From Macrostomum lignano (Eukaryota), in contig NIVC01000064.1 in the NCBI GenBank assembly GCA_002269645.1, forward strand, positions 124,001-188,000: a DNA stretch of 64,000 nt. The letters run 5' to 3'. Positions 36,408 through 48,300 of the stretch are shown piece after piece; the first letter of the stretch is position 1; each line of letters begins with the position of its first letter. A program made the position numbers and the translations under genes. The notes beneath the pieces are model-generated. The model ran no database searches. It was given only the letters and a program-made list of their open reading frames with translations, and was not told the DNA's origin.

Positions 36408-39400
36408 TTACAAATTCGTATCCATGGTAACGAGATTCGTGGCCGGCATCCCTTCTTCGCCTTCAATTTCGATAGCCTCGTTCACGTGCTCGCTTGAGGA
36501 CGAAATCTCGTCCTGAGAGATCGGGGGTACGTTGCTGGCGTAAAGTACAGCATCGTGCAGGCTGATGAAGAACAAGGACCTGTCAGCGTGCTTGTAAAAG
36601 TCGTGGAGATGAAGGTGGAGCCTCACAGACTCTTTGCAGCGGGCGAACAGGACGCGATAGCCTTGCTTTTTTAGTCGCTGATAAGTCTGCGCGAGTGATG
36701 ATAGCAAAGCGTATGTTTTCTTAAATGATCGCAATGCCTACTTTAAGTAGCTTGCGCGTGGGTGTTAAAGAACAATTCCACATATTTAAAAGTAAAGAAA
36801 TTAGATTTGGGAAAGGAACCTGACAATCTGGGAAGGAGTCTGAGGATTCGGGAAGGGAATCTAAGGATCCTGAAAGGAATCTGAGGATTCGGGAAGGCAT
36901 TATAAGGATCTAGGGAAAAAGCTAAGGATCTAGGGAGGAATCTGGGGATCTAGGGAGGAATTTTAAGAATCTAGGAAGGAATCTGAGGATCTGAGGATCT
37001 AGGAAGGAATCTGAAGATCTAGGAAGGAATCTGGGGATTTACGGAGGAATCTGGGGATCTAGGAAGGAATCTGAAGATCTAGGAAGGAATCTGAAGATCT
37101 AGGAAGGAATCTGAGGATCTAGGAAGGAATCTGGGGATTTAGGAAGGAATCTGAGGATCTAGGAAGGCATCTGAGGATCTAGGAAGGAATCTGAAGATCT
37201 AGGAAGGAATCTGAGGATCTAGGAAGGAATCTGAGGATTTAGGAAGGAATCTGGGGATTTAGGGAGGAATCTGAGGATCTAGGAAGGCATCTGAGGATCT
37301 AGGAAGGCATCTGAGGATCTAGGAAGGAATCTGAGGATCTAGGAAGGAATCTAAGGATCTAGGAAGGAATCTGGGGATTTAGGGAGGAATCTGAGGATCT
37401 AGGAAGGCATCTGAGGATCTAGGAAGGAATCTGGGGATCTAGGAAGGAATCTGAGGATCTAGGAAGGAATCTGAGGATCTAGGAAGGAATCTGAGGATCT
37501 AGGGAGGAATCTGGGGATGTAGGGAGGAATCTGAGGTTTAAACCAAACGAAAAAACTAGGATATCAAAATAGCTGCCATGAATTTCACCTCTTTAACGGT
37601 CCTAACGCCGACCATATCAACCGACACCCAAGAGGAGCAGTCCAGCACAAAAGTGTGCACCGCTGTTGCCTCATCTGATTCTGGATGCTCAGCTTCAACT
37701 CTGCCGACTGGTTCCGCCTCGGTGGGTCGCCGAGCCTCATGGGCCAGCTGCAGCACGAAGTCCTGGAATCGTTCCGCGTTGGCAAAGTTCAACGGCGCGT
37801 CGAAGCGGACAATTTTCAGTCCCGGCAGCTCCTCGGCCGCCGCGTACACCCGGACGTTTCTGTAGATATCCGTGTCGCCAATGCGGCCAAGGACCGCTAT
37901 CCTGGGCGACTGGGTGCGCAGGACCACGGAGAACAGGGTGAAGCCCAGACCGATAGCCAAGCCGAGGGTCACATCCAGGATGAGCACGGAGAGCGCTGCC
38001 ACCAGCCACACGCTGAAGTCGATCCGGGAGATGCGCCAGATCTGCGGCAGTTCCGTCACCTGCTTGATCACGTTGATTAACGATACGACTATGATGGAGC
38101 CCAGCACGCAGGTAGGGATCGAGCGGAAGTAGGGTCCGATGGCCAGCAGCACCAGCAGCATGCCTGAGCAGCTGATGAGGCTGGAAATCTGGCTCTTCAT
38201 GCCCACCTGAAAGTTTGCGCGATAAAATTGTCAGGTAATGTCAGCACTGAATGCTAAAATGCAACCGCTTCCCAGATCCTCAGTTGCTGGGCCACCTTCT
38301 CAGATCTCCAGTTGCTGGGCCAGCCTCCCAGATCCCCGGTTGCTGGGCCAGCCTCCCAGATCCCCGGTTGCTGGGCCAGTCTCCCAGATCCTCAGTTGCT
38401 GGGCCAGCCTCCCAGATCCTCAGTTGCTGGGCTACCAGCCTCCCAGATCCCCAGTTGCTGGGCCAGCCTCCCAGATCCTCAGTTGCTGGGCCAGCCTCCC
38501 AGATCCCCAGTTGCTGGGCCACCAGCCTCCCAGATCCCCGGTTGCTGGGCCAGCCTCCCAGATCCTCAGTTGCTGGGCCAGCCTCCCAGATCCCCAGTTG
38601 CTGGGCCACCAGCCTCCCAGATCCCCGGTTGCTGGGCCAGCCTCCCAGATCCCCAGTTGCTGGGCCACCAGCCTCCCAGATCCCCAGTTGCTGGGCCACC
38701 AGCCTCCCAGATCCCCAGTTGCTGGGCCGCCGCAGGCTCACCGACACCACCACAGAGTTCCTGGCCAGAGCTCCGCAGGCGAAGAAGCACTGGAAGAAGC
38801 TGGACACCAGACTGCTGACTCCCAGTATGGCGAAATCCTCATTGAAATCGTAGCTGTACTGAAACTCCAGGCAGTACATCTTGGCCAGCGACATTGTGAC
38901 CACGCCACCGACAATGCCAACGGGAATAGCGGAGGGGAACACGGTCGGAAGAAATCCCAAATCAGGAATGATAGGCACCGGCAAGCCCCTGGGCACTTCG
39001 CCCACTATGACAACGCCGAGGTTGGAGCTCATGTTGGAGAACTCTGACGCCAGCAGGGTAATTATGATAATGAGCAGTTCTATTGGCAGCGGCACTTTGA
39101 ACTTTTTTTTCACCAGGGGGTTGATGAATTCTTTGACGAGGTAGAGCACCGCGCAGCAGGCGGCGGATAGGCCCATGGTGACAAAATTTGCCGTCTCGAT
39201 CACTTGGAACAAATTGATGAGGCTCTGCAGGTGAGGAGAGGCTGGGCTAGTTGGTGTATTTATCCTAGCGTCACTGCCTCTACAGTATCCTACCCCAGCG
39301 TCGTTATCCTACCCCATTGTCGTTATCCTACCCCATTGTCGTTATCCTACCTTCAGTGTCTTTATCCTACCCTCAATGTATTCATCCTATCCCTCACTGT

Positions 39401-42400
39401 CTTTATTCTACCCTTAAGTGTCTTCATCCTACCCTAAGTGTCTCTATCCTACCTTAAGTGTCTTTATCCTAACCTAAGTGTCTCTATCCTACCCTCAGTA
39501 GTCTTTATCCTGCCCTCAGTAGTCTTTATCCTGCCCTCAGTGTCTTTATCCTACCCTCAGTGTCTTTATCCTACCCTCAGTGTCTCTATCCTACCCTCAG
39601 TGTCTCTATCCTACCCTCAGTGTTTATCCTACCCTCAGTGTCTCTATCCTACCTCAGTGTCTTTATCCTACCCTAAGTTTCTTTATCCTACCCTAAGTGT
39701 CTTTATCCTACCCTCAGTAGTCTTTATCCTACCCTCAGTGTCTTTTTCCTACCCTCAGTGTCTTTATCCTACCCTCAGTAGTCTTTATCCTACCCTCAGT
39801 GTCTTTTTCCTACCCTCAGTGTCTTTATCCTACCCTCAGTAGTCTTTATCCTACCCTCAGTGTCTCTATCCTACCCCCAGTGTCTTTATCCTACCCTCAC
39901 TGCGTTTACCCTACAGTCTATCCAGTGGAGTCTTTATTCCAATACCTCAGCATCCGAGGCTTCATTCTAAGCTGCCATCACCAGCTGCAGCATCGCAAAT
40001 CGCAGCAGAGCAGCCACTTACCCCGGCAATCTTGAACTGACTGACAGTTCGCTCCGGTTTAACTCCCAGCAGCAGAGGCAGCTGGCTGACCAGCACCTGT
40101 ACAGCAGCGGCCGCGGTGAACCCTTTCAGCATGGAGTCTGACACGTAGCGCATAAAGAATCCCAGCCTGAGCACACCGATGGCCAAGATGATGAGGGAGG
40201 CGGCGAAACTGCCAACAATAGCTGACTGAAGTTTGGCGTATTCCACTGCCGTGTAATTCAACGGCAACTCAAGCGCCGTGGCATTCAACCTCGGCAAATA
40301 GGCCTCATAATTTCCAAGAATCATGTCCGACAGTAGCAGAGACATCAGCGAGAATGTGCCAATCGATAAATGACGAGAGCGGCCAAACAATGCGTAGATG
40401 AATACGGGAATTAGCGAGGTGTACAGGCCGTTGATCGGCTTCAGTCCGGCTAGCAGGCCGTAGGCTAAGCCCTGCCGGGTTGGGTTTTATAAAAGGTCAT
40501 TTAAGGTCAGACAATTTGATTACGTGATTGCGGGGGCGGGTTTGTCACTGCCAACCGCGCCAGTCGTGTACTTTCTACCCCAAACCGGAACCGCGATTAT
40601 CCTGAAACCGGTTTTTTGCATCCGGTCTTACAGTGTTGAAATTTGCAATATATGCTGATACAATGAGGCTCCTATCGTGAGTTGCTACAAATAGACGCTC
40701 TGGGCAAGGTCTACTCAAGTAGAAGAACAGGAGATTACGTTTCTTGGAAAAAATTAGTAGGATAAAGACACTGAGGGTAGGATAAAGACTACTGAGGGTA
40801 GGATAGAGACACTGAAGGGTAGGATAAAGACACTGAAGGGTAGGATAAAGACACTGAGGGTAGGATAAAGACACTGAGGGTAGGATAAAGACACTGAGGG
40901 TAGGATAAAGACACTGAGGGTAGGATAAAGACACTGAGGGTAGGATAAAGACTACTGAGGGTAGGATAGAGACACTGAAGGGTAGGATAAAGACACTGAA
41001 GGGTAGGATAAAGACACTGAGGGTAGGATAAAGACACTGAGGGTAGGATAAAGACACTGAGGGTAGGATAAAGACACTGAGGGTAGGATAAAGACACTGA
41101 GGGTAGGATAGAGACACTGAGGGTAGGATAAAGACACTGAAGGGTAGGATAAAGACACTGAGGGTAGGATAAAGACACTGAGGGTAGGATAAAGACACTG
41201 AGGGTAGGATAAAGACACTGAGGGTAGGATAAAGACACTGAAGGGTAGGATAAAGACACTGAGGGTAGGATAAAGACACTGAAGGTAGGATAAAGACACT
41301 GAGGGTAGGATAAAGACACTGAAGGGTAGGATAAAGACACTGAGGGCAGGATAAAGACAATGAGGGTAGGATAAAGACACTGAAGGTAGGATAAAGACAC
41401 TGAGGGTAGGATAAAGACACTGAGGGTAGGATAAAGACACTGAGGGTAGGATAAAGACACTGAAGGGTAGGATAAAGACACTGAGGGTAGGATAAAGACA
41501 CTGAGGGTAGGATAAAGACACTGAGGGCAGGATAAAGACACTGAGGGTAGGATAAAGACACTGTGAGTAGAATAAAGACATTGAGAGTAGAGTAGGATAA
41601 TAGATGAGGTATCAATATTTTATCATTTATCAATTGATTAAGCTATTTATCAACTTTTTATCAATAGCTCAGATATCGTTTCATCCCTTTTATTTTCTTC
41701 AGTGTGTTTTTCTTACCCACAAACATAACAGTTCGTTTAGGGTTGCTTGCCCGCAAATTTTAAGTATATATTTATGAAAAAATAATCGTTATATCTGCTA
41801 TAGTCAATTAAATTAAATTCAAGTTAAAAGCAACAGTTAAAAAACCGGTTTAGAAACCGGTTTTTACAACAAATCACCTGTTTTGGCATTTCCTAAGTTC
41901 GTTGTATCGTTGCTCTCACTAACAGACTCGGTTTAGCGTTAGAAAGAAGCCTGTTCAGCCTACTGTCAGTAAGCTAGTTAGAATATTATTGAAATCTTTT
42001 AAAATATAATGCAAAATTATGCATTATTTTTGTTTCTTTTTAAAAGGAAGTCACGATCCCCAATAAATAATATAGGATCGCAACAGGGGTCATTCAAGGT
42101 CGCAAAGTATGAGCCCAATAGGCCTAATAAAGTCGCGTGTGATGACGCAACTTACCCGCTAAATTACATGTAATGCCTCGATTCCAAAAGGTTGGGTTGA
42201 ATGAGCCACACAGGCCAATGCAATGACGCTAGATGAGATAAGAAAGTGGAAAAAACACACTAATTATTATTATTTTGAAATCTAAGTTTACAAGCACAAA
42301 AAAGTGGAAATAACGAAAAAGTGAGTGGTTTTGACCGCAAATCTAAGATAACCGGATAGACCTGAAAACGTGGTTCTTTTGAGCCACCAGAGCCTTGAAC

Positions 42401-43737
42401 TGGGTCATGGTACAAGATTCAGTTAATTGCGTCAAATTCTAAAAAACCGTATGTTTTCATAACTGCAGTTAGAAACAATCCACTGAAATTTTTTTTGGAA
42501 TCTAAAAAATGAAACTGCTAAATTTAAGTCAAAAACGGGTTGTTAAAGTCAAGGAAAGCTCACGGGGATAACTAAGGCCAAGAGCCTAGCTATAGCGCCA
42601 CAAGTGAGATTTTAGCGCAGCAGGTGAGATTTTAGCGCCACAAGTGAGATTTTAGCGCCACAAGCAATATTTAAGTGCAACAAGTGAGATTATATCGCCA
42701 CAGGTCAGATTTTAGCGCCACAAGTGAGATTATAGCGCCGCAGGTGAAATTTTTGCGCCACAGGTGAAGTTTTAGCGCCACAGGTGAGATTTTAGCGCCA
42801 CAAGGGAGATTTTAGCGCCACAGGTAAGGTTTTAGCGCCACAAGTGAGATTTTAGCGCCACAAGTGAGATTTTAGCGCCACAAGAGATTTTAGCGCCACA
42901 GGTGAAATCTTCGCGCCACAAGTGAGTTTTTAGTACAGCAGGTAAGATTTTAGCACCACAAGTGAGATTTTAGCGCCACAGGTAAGATTTTAGCGCCACA
43001 CGTGAGATTTTAGCGCCACACGTGAGATTTTAGCGCCACACGTGAGATTTTAGTGCCAAAGATGAGATTTTAAAAACAAAAAACCTAAAGGAGCATGGAA
43101 ATGGAAAAATATTTTACGCCAAATTCACTCAAATATTTACCAGGAAAAATCACTGAAAAGAACGGACATCCCTCTACGAATGAGTGATTACTGACAAAAT
43201 AAATTTCCAAGGTAGATCGAGATAAGAATTTACGGAAACTTGCTCAGGCTTAAGCTTATAGTTTTAATTAGAAATTAAACTAAGCTCGTAACACACGAAG
43301 GTCAACAAGCGACAGGTGCTGGCCAACCTCACAATGACACATTAGCGCACACCTAGGGTAGCAAATGCAAGCATGGAAAGAGAAGCAAAATGCCTTACCT
43401 GAGGTATATGAAACACGCAGGTGGTAAAGCCGGCCACTAAATCGGACACAATGTCCATTTTGCTGTATTGTCCAGTTCTAATCTGGCCAACCAGAGGCAG
43501 CAGGTTTAGCGCTCGCAGACGCCAGGCGTCCCTGCTACAGCTGCAGGCTTTGGCCATAGACGATCGAACGGTGCTGCTGAACGGCGCGTGGCCCAGCAGG
43601 GCTTCTCCGTAGGCGTTGTTGAAGTCGGCATAATTGTACACTGGCCGGCGAACATGGAATTCCAGCGCTGGCTGCGACGGCGGCGGCACTGTCTTATTGG
43701 CGTCGACATTGTCGGTTTCGGCAGGTTGAGCTGACAT
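36408..43737 (-). CDS. SLC26 anion transporter paralog C with STAS, ~722 aa; exons 43737-43399, 40471-40022, 39224-38742, 38206-37589, 36686-36408
   Basis: GT-AG phase-0 junctions; three introns sit at the same positions as in paralog B. STAS motifs VRFDAPLNFANA and VLDCSSWVSVDMVG. The last acceptor could alternatively be at 36719. Confidence 0.9.
36820..37540. repeat. 20-bp minisatellite AGGAAGGAATCTGAGGATCT (paralog C intron 4)
   Basis: About 35 copies. Confidence 0.95.
38270..38728. repeat. 28-32-bp minisatellite (paralog C intron 3), same family as 18280-18590
   Basis: CCAGCCTCCCAGATCCCCAGTTGCTGGG units. Confidence 0.93.
39290..39905. repeat. 20-bp minisatellite CCCTCAGTGTCTTTATCCTA (left arm of an inverted pair)
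   Basis: About 30 copies in paralog C intron 2. Confidence 0.95.
40757..41600. repeat. 20-bp minisatellite TAGGATAAAGACACTGAGGG (right arm, reverse complement of 39290-39905)
   Basis: About 41 copies in paralog C intron 1. Confidence 0.95.
42590..43075. repeat. 20-bp minisatellite GAGATTTTAGCGCCACAAGT
   Basis: About 24 copies in paralog C intron 1. Confidence 0.93.
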
Positions 43738-43872
43738 TTGTCTTATCTCTTGAACTTTAATTGATGACTATAGCTTATGCAGTCGGTCTCGCCGGCCGGT
43801 TGCGTCCTGCTCTCTTACTGCTCTGCAAACGAAGGAAAAATACACACAACAGGAGAGAGTTTTGCTGTCTTT

Positions 43873-43897
43873 TATTTATAGCGGTTAGTGACAGCCA
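43873..43897 (-). promoter_or_regulatory. Candidate TATA box / CCAAT for SLC26 paralog C
   Basis: TATAAATA on minus at 43873-43880, ~135 nt upstream of the ATG; CCAAT nearby on the plus strand. Confidence 0.4.
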
Positions 43898-44024
43898 ATT
43901 AGAAACTTGCAGTATTTTTCTTTCGAAACTAATATAAATCTTGTCTGATGTGTACTACCTGTGTTGATAAAAATAGGCATTGGACATTAAAGGATTTACT
44001 CTATCTGCTAGACATCTCTACCTG

Positions 44025-44840
44025 CCCATTATGTCACCTGTCTTATCTCTATCTACCCCTTATCTCACCTGTCTTATCTCTATCAAACCATTATCTCTCA
44101 CCTGTCTTATCTCTATCAAACCATTATCTCTCACCTGTCTTATCTCTATCCACCCCTTATCTAACCTGTCTTATCTCTTTCCACCCCTTATCTAACCTGT
44201 CTTATCTCTATCCACCCCTTATCTAACCTGTCTTATCTCTTTCCACCCCTTATCTAACCTGTCTTATCTCTATCCACCCCTTATCTAACCTGTCTTATCT
44301 CTTTCCACCCCTTATCTAACCTGTCTTATCTCTATCCACCCCTTATCTAACCTGTCTTATCTCTGTCCACCCCTTATCTAACCTGTCTTATCTCTGTCCA
44401 CCCCTTATCTAACCTGTCTTATCTCTATCCACCCCTTATCTAACCTGTCTTATCTCTGTCCACCCCTTATCTAACCTGTCTTATCTCTGTCCACCCCTTA
44501 TCTAACCTGTCTTATCTCTGTCCACCCCTTATCTAACCTGTCTTATCTCTATCCACCCTTTATCTAACCTGTCTTATCTCTATCCACCCTTTATCTAACC
44601 TGTCTTATCTCTATCCACCCCTTATCTAACCTGTCTTATCTCTATCCACCCCTTATCTAACCTGTCTTATCTCTATCCACCCCTTATCTCTCACCTGTCT
44701 TATCTCTATACACCCCTTATCTCTCACCTGTCTTATCTCCATACACCCCTTATCTCTCACCTGTCTTATCTCTATCCACCTTTTATCTAACCTGTCTTAT
44801 CTCTATCCACCCTTGTCTCTCACCTGTCTTATCTCTATTT
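44025..44840. repeat. 31-bp minisatellite CCACCCCTTATCTAACCTGTCTTATCTCTAT
   Basis: About 26 copies, intergenic. Confidence 0.95.
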
Positions 44841-45344
44841 CCCATTTTCCTCTCTCATCATTAAAAAATCTCCTAACTGTAGCGGAGTGCATAACAATTG
44901 ATAAATAAATGCAACAATTTAAGTTGCAGAAACCAGTTTCTAAATTGAATTAGTGAATAATAAAGTTGAAGCACAACATATTTCTATTTTTGAATATGAA
45001 TCGATATATCAAACTAAAATTTAATAGAAAGATAATTTTATAATTATTTTTTTCTACAAACAGAAACAATGAAAAATGCTTTATTACGAGCGTAGTTAAA
45101 TTAAACTAATTAATCAACTAAACTATATTTCGGTGACCTTAGCATAAATCAACCCAAAAAAAAAATCTGGGACTTGAGTTGTCATTCAGACAACCGGAAA
45201 TGCTTTTACAATTAGATAGATCTATTTAATTAAAATACGATTACTAAACTTGCCAGTTTATCGTAAAACGCTAAAATACTACTCACAAGTAGGCAGCAAG
45301 TATATTATTCTAGCACAGAAAAATGATTGATACATGAAAAACTG

Positions 45345-48300
45345 TCAATCGATGAGGTCAGTCTCGTGTCTTTCCACCATGGCCCAGTAGTGGCCGCGCT
45401 TCTGCAGCAGATCGCTGCGTTTGCCTTGCTGTAAAATTAATTTGTTGGAGAATCAAGATTAGTTAGATGCGTTATTACAATTACTTCATTTTTGCAGAAA
45501 CTTTAGGGGGATGTACCTGAGGATTGGGGGTGGAATAGGGAGAATCTACCAGAGGATTGAGGGTTGGGGACGGATCTACCTGAGGATTGACGGGTGGAGA
45601 CGGATCTACCTGAGGATTGAGGGTTGGGGATGGATCTACCTGAGGATTGAGGGGTGGGGACGGATCTACCTGAGGATTGAGGGGTGGGGACGGATCTACC
45701 TGAGGATTGAGGGGTGGGGACGGATCTACCTGAGGATTGAGGGGTGGGGACGGATCTACCTGAGGATTGAGGGGTGGGGACGGATATACCTGAGGATTGG
45801 GGGGGGGTGGGGACGGATCTACCTGAGGATTGAGGGTTGGGGACGGATCTACCTGAGGATTGAGGGGTGGGGACGGATATACCTGAGGATTGAGGGGTGG
45901 GGACGGATCTACCTGAGGATTGGGGGGGGTGGGTACGGATCTACCTGAGGATTGAGGGTTGGGGACGGATCTACCTGAGGATTGGAGGGGTGGGGACGGA
46001 TCTACCTGAGGATTGAGGGTTGGGGACGGATCTACCTGAGGATTGAGGGGTGGGGACGGATCTACCTGAGGATTGAGGGGTAGGGACGGTATACCTGAGG
46101 GTTGGGGGGTGGGGCGGGTATACCTGAGGGTTGGGGGTGGGCGGATATACCTGAGGATTAGAGGGGTGGGCGGATATACCTGAGGATTAGAGGGGTGGGG
46201 CCGGTATACCTGAGGGTTGGGGTGGGGCGGATCTACCTGAGGATTGAGGGGTGGGGACGGATATATCTGAGGATGGGGGGTGGGGATATACCTGAGAAAA
46301 TAGGAGTGAAAGGTAACTCTTTGCAAAAAATTATTACTAGAATTCACACAATACTCGAAAAATAGCCAAAGCACTCGCCTCCAAAACGCGACCGTTGCCC
46401 ATGACAACCACATAGTCGGCGGATTCGATGGTGGACAATCGGTGAGCAATCACTATCACTGTGCGGCCCTGCATAGCCTGTTGCAGAGCGGCCTGGACAA
46501 GCCGTTCGCTCTCCGAGTCCAGGGCGCTGGTGGCCTCGTCCAGAATCTTGAAGGGATGGAGTGAGAGGAGGTGAGAGATGCTGAAAGCGAAATTTGATGC
46601 AGCTGTGTATGAAGATCGTTTGCATGAAAATAACTCTCTGAAGATTCAGAGAGGTGGATACACCTGAGGTTCAGAGAGGTGGATACACCTGAGGTTTAGA
46701 GAGGTGGATACACCTGAGGTTCAGAGAGGTGGATACACCTGAGGTTTAGAGAGGTGGATCCACCTGAGAATCGATGGGGAGGGGGCGGATCCACCTGAGA
46801 ATCGAAGGGGTAGGGGGCGGATCCACCTGAGAATCAATGGGGGAGGGGGCGGATCCACCTGATAATCGATGGGGGAGGGGGCGGATCCACCGGAGAGTTG
46901 ATGGGGGAGGGGGCGGATCCACCTGAGAATCAATGGGGGAGGGAGCGGATCTACCTGAGAATCAATGGGGGAGGGAGCGGATCCACCTGAGAATCGATGG
47001 GGTAGGGGGCGGATCCACCGGAGAATCGATGGGGGAGGGGGCGGATCCACCTAATAATCGATGGGGAGGGGGCGGATCCACCTAATAATCGATGGGGAGG
47101 GGGCGGATCCACCTGAGAATCGATGGGGGAGGGGGCGGATCCACCTGAGAATCGATGGGGGAGGGGGCGGATCAACCTGAGAATCGATGGGGGAGGGGGC
47201 GGATCAACCTGAGAATCGATGGGGGAGGGGGCGGATCAACCTGAGAATCGATGGGGGAGGGGGCGGATCCACCTGAGAATCGATGGGGGAGGGGGCGGAT
47301 CCACCTGAGAATCGAAGGGGTAGGGGCGGATCCACCCGAGAGAGGTACGCACCAGCAATTTGGGATCTTTGAGCAGAGCCCTGGCAATGGCGATCCGCTG
47401 TTTCTGACCGCCGCTGACCGCCAGCCCCCGCTCGCCAACGTGCGTGTCGTAGCCGCGCGGAAACGCCTTGATAAACTTGTGCGCCTGGGCAAGGCGGGCC
47501 GCCGCTTCAACCTCGGCGTCGGTGGCCTCTGGCCGGCCGTAGCGAATGTTCTCGCGAATGGTGGCGCAGAACAGGGCGGGCTCCTGTGGGATCAGGCCAA
47601 CCAGGCGGTCGCGCACCCAGCCAGGATCGTAGGAGCGGAGATCGCGGCCGGCTAGAAGCACCCGACCGTCCGTTGGGTCGTAAAACCTGACACAGTGGAG
47701 AGGGAGGAAAATATTGAGAATTGACTTGAGGGATAAGAAGAGCGAATACTTTAACACCCTAAGTTTTTTACACTTCTTTTAGTTAGAAAATTTAATCGAT
47801 CGATACATATCGGTATACTCGCAGTGGGGAGGGATTTTGTATATTTTGCGCGACTATTAGGCAAATTTAAGCAATAAAAACATATGCTTGGTTAATTAAC
47901 GTTATACATATCGGGTTATAGAAATACAAAACAAATACAATTAATAGTCTTGAGTGTTTTGACACATATAGGTACATTAGTTTAGGTAGGTAGCGCTTTC
48001 ATTGAAATCAAGTCAACAAAATGTTGCTGTTCATAAATAATTAAATTAAACTTTAATACTAATTTTCTATTGTTATGCTGAGTAATGAAATGCATTTATT
48101 AAAAAAATTGTCCCAAGGATACTTGAATCAAATAGGTTTTCGATACATATCGGCACTTTAACATATAAAATCGTACTTGAAAAAAAATTGGAGTTTTTAT
48201 TACTTTTGATACATATCGACGCTTTGAAAAAAGGTTTCGGATATTTTTAAACCGATACTTACTACTATTTCTACTCTACATGTAAGTAGTGCATAGCGCT

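Noticed and set aside
40575-41633. 352-aa SVSLSYPQCLYPTL ORF and overlapping ORFs
   Set aside because: Minisatellite translation inside an intron.
41838-41866. AAAAACCGGTTT-AG-AAACCGGTTTTT palindrome
   Set aside because: Short, low-complexity, probably a MITE subterminal relic, with no independent support.
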